A stretch of 63,899 nucleotides of DNA, the filler included. It is 6 parts of 6 records of this genome, joined end to end, with 100 filler letters (N's around TTAATTAATTAA, not from the genome) between each part and the next. Parts side by side here need not be neighbours in the genome. Positions count along the whole stretch, not along the records: positions 57,114 to 63,899 come from DRR723986_34157; 5 more parts are not named here. One strand, given 5' to 3'. How positions within the stretch are numbered: position 1 is the first letter of the stretch; each line of letters starts with the position of its first letter. Position numbers and translations under genes: made by a program. Shown in pieces: positions 61,895 through 63,899 of the stretch. Below the pieces are notes generated by a model. That model was not told the origin of the DNA, made no database searches, and saw only the letters and a list, made by a program, of their open reading frames with translations.

Positions 61895-62422
61895 ATGAAG
61901 AAAGTAGTAGGAACATTAATATTTTTAGTTGCAATTGCAAACTGGGCAACCGCTCAACGTTACGCGTATGTTGATACACAGTATATTTTAGAGTCTATTC
62001 CTGAATACACTGAGGCACAATCTGAACTAGATAAATTATCTGAACAATGGGTGAAAGAGGTAGAAGATAAATTTGCCCTAGTTCAAACCAAACGAAACGA
62101 GTTTGAAGCCGAGAAAATATTATTACCAGAAGAGATTAAAAAGCAGCGCTTGAACGAGATTAAAACTTTAGAAACACAAGCCAAAGAATTGCAGAAAAAA
62201 AGATTCGGAGTAGGAGGAGACCTGTTCACGCAAAGAGAACAATTAATTAAACCCATCCAAGATCAAATATTTAATGCTATTCAAGCAATAGCAGCAGAAA
62301 GAAACTTTGCCTTTGTTTTTGACAAGGCCAATCAGTCGAATTTACTATTCGCAGACTCTAAGTATGATATTAGTGATCAGGTACTTAGGAAAATGGGCAT
62401 CAAAGTTGATAAGAAAGGTTAA
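61895..62422 (+). CDS. skp: OmpH/Skp chaperone
   Basis: Signal peptide, YVDTQYIL..IPEY, coiled coil, LIKPIQ, YDIS..VL. Confidence 0.9.
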   Translation: MKKVVGTLIFLVAIANWATAQRYAYVDTQYILESIPEYTEAQSELDKLSEQWVKEVEDKFALVQTKRNEFEAEKILLPEEIKKQRLNEIKTLETQAKELQKKRFGVGGDLFTQREQLIKPIQDQIFNAIQAIAAERNFAFVFDKANQSNLLFADSKYDISDQVLRKMGIKVDKKG

Positions 62423-62444
62423 GGACAATTAACAATTAAACAAA

Positions 62445-62975
62445 ATGAAGAAAACAATTTTAATCTTAATAGCATTATTTACATTAGGAACATTTACATC
62501 AAATGCTCAAAGTCCTAAGTTTGCTCACGTATCCAGTGCTACAGTTTTAGACAGTATTCAGTCTTATAAAAACATTACAGCAGAAGAGCAAAAGATTTAT
62601 AAAGATGCACAGGTTCAGTCTGAAGCTATTCAAAAGCAAATGCAAAAAATGCAGCAAGACGCTATTGCTAAAGGAGATTCTTTAAGTGATTTCGAAGCGT
62701 ATTTAGTGCAAGGAGATATTGAAAAGAAACAACAAGATTTATATAATCTAGAGCAATACATGCAAAATCAACTGCAGATTTTAAATCAGCGATTAATGCA
62801 GTTGATGGAGATGTACAAAGACGCGGTTGCTGTCGTTGCTAAAAAAGAGGGAATCACGTACGTGCTGGATTCTGACTCACAAGTACTATATGCTGATCCG
62901 AATGCAAAAGACATCACTAATGAGGTGAGAACAGAATTGCTTAAAATGGATAAGGAAAAACCGGTTTTAGAGTAA
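62445..62975 (+). CDS. skp: Second, divergent OmpH/Skp chaperone
   Basis: Signal peptide, KFAHV, Q-rich coiled coil, G.TYVLD, DIT..V. Confidence 0.8.
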   Translation: MKKTILILIALFTLGTFTSNAQSPKFAHVSSATVLDSIQSYKNITAEEQKIYKDAQVQSEAIQKQMQKMQQDAIAKGDSLSDFEAYLVQGDIEKKQQDLYNLEQYMQNQLQILNQRLMQLMEMYKDAVAVVAKKEGITYVLDSDSQVLYADPNAKDITNEVRTELLKMDKEKPVLE

Positions 62976-62995
62976 AAACCAACGAATAATAATTG

Positions 62996-63029
62996 AAACC
63001 CTGACAAGTTCGCTTCGTCAGGGTTTTTT
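62996..63029 (+). terminator. Intrinsic terminator after the skp genes
   Basis: AAACCCTGAC-loop-GTCAGGGTTTTTT. Confidence 0.8.
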
Positions 63030-63054
63030 ATGCGATAAATTGTACATTTGAAAC

Positions 63055-63855
63055 ATGGAGACAAAACCAATTGGCATATTTGATTCCGGAGTGGGCGGGC
63101 TTACAGTTGCTAAGGCGATAGCTGAGGCTTTGCCTAATGAACAAATTATCTATTTTGGAGATACAGCTCACCTGCCATATGGTGATAAGTCTAAAGAGTC
63201 TGTAAGGGTTTATTCGAAAAGAATAACTGGTTTTCTTTTGGCCAAAGGCTGTAAAGCTATTGTCATTGCATGCAACACTGCATCTGCCCATGCCTATTCA
63301 GATTTGAAAAAATTTTATCCGAAAGTGCCCATTATCAATGTGGTGAATCCAACAGTGAACTATTGCTGTGAGAAATTCGACTCTGGAAAGATTGGCGTTA
63401 TTGCAACAAAAGGAACCATCAAATCTCGAATATACCCGAGAAAAATAGTAAAGAAAAACCCTAATCTCGAAGTTCCTCAGGCCGCAGCACCGCTTTTAGT
63501 TCCTATGATTGAAGAAGGTTTTTTTAATAATAACATCTCTCAAACAATCATAAACTCTTATCTATCTACAAAGAACTTTAAAAATATAAGAGCACTAATT
63601 TTGGGTTGCACCCATTATCCGTTAATAAAAGAAGAAGTAAAAAACTATTTTAATGGAGATGTTGATGTGATTGACTCTGCTTCAGTTGTCGCCGAATTCA
63701 CCAAAAAGCTACTCAAAAAAGAAGGACTACTTTCAACAAAAAAGAAAGCGCCGAATTTGTTCTATATTTCTGATTATACTGAGTCATTCGAAGAAACTTC
63801 AAAACTGTTTTTCGGTGAGAAAATTGACCTACGCGAAGAACGCATCTGGGATTAA
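63055..63855 (+). CDS. murI: Glutamate racemase
   Basis: FDSGVGGLTV, PYG.KS, IACNTAS, LGCTHYP; own -7 element TACATTTG at 63043-63050. Confidence 0.97.
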   Translation: METKPIGIFDSGVGGLTVAKAIAEALPNEQIIYFGDTAHLPYGDKSKESVRVYSKRITGFLLAKGCKAIVIACNTASAHAYSDLKKFYPKVPIINVVNPTVNYCCEKFDSGKIGVIATKGTIKSRIYPRKIVKKNPNLEVPQAAAPLLVPMIEEGFFNNNISQTIINSYLSTKNFKNIRALILGCTHYPLIKEEVKNYFNGDVDVIDSASVVAEFTKKLLKKEGLLSTKKKAPNLFYISDYTESFEETSKLFFGEKIDLREERIWD

Positions 63856-63866
63856 TACTATCACTT

Positions 63867-63899
63867 ATTTCGATTTTCGATTTTCGTTTTTCGTTTTTC
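63867..63899. repeat. Heptamer tandem repeat running off the window end
   Basis: TTTTCG(A/T) units repeated about 4.5 times. Confidence 0.75.

Overview
This window is not one continuous locus. It is six contigs joined by identical 100-bp artificial spacers (44 N + TTAATTAATTAA + 44 N) at 30710-30809, 36760-36859, 42302-42401, 49309-49408 and 57014-57113, and it mixes at least three organisms, as in a metagenome or contaminated bin. Contigs 1 (1-30709), 4 (42402-49308) and 6 (57114-63899) are AT-rich Bacteroidota (Flavobacteriales-like). They carry a TonB-dependent receptor, an S9 peptidase, T9SS type-B cargo plus PorP/SprF, rnr, ferritin, thyA-folA-topB, mnmG with two parS sites, feoAB, eno, carA, rplQ, atpDC and uppS-bamA-skp-skp-murI. 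Contigs 2 (30810-36759) and 5 (49409-57013) are a mid-GC FCB-group organism (Kapabacteria/Ignavibacteria-like by inference), with ndh, two paralogous heme-c sensor proteins around tRNA-Ser, lpdA, a T9SS type-A cargo, a double-OmpA protein and an orphan membrane gene pair. Contig 3 (36860-42301) is a Marinobacter-like gammaproteobacterium (fimL-like, dnaQ, rnhA, methyltransferase, gloB, mltD). The best candidate for an undescribed system is the coupled four-gene operon at 15558-22826: a Cys-less YfiR-like protein, a secreted TPR protein, a HAMP-SpoIIE phosphatase, and a beta-propeller receptor whose adenylate cyclase is fused to a class-I-PDE-like HD domain (possible make-and-break cAMP enzyme). 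Other leads are a candidate structured ncRNA with a terminator (51186-51386), a sensor-only heme-c paralog of an MCP, a cargo-less T9SS type-B CTD protein, an AT-rich two-gene membrane module, and a palindrome shared by the ends of contigs 2 and 5. All calls come from motif recognition by eye; no searches were run.
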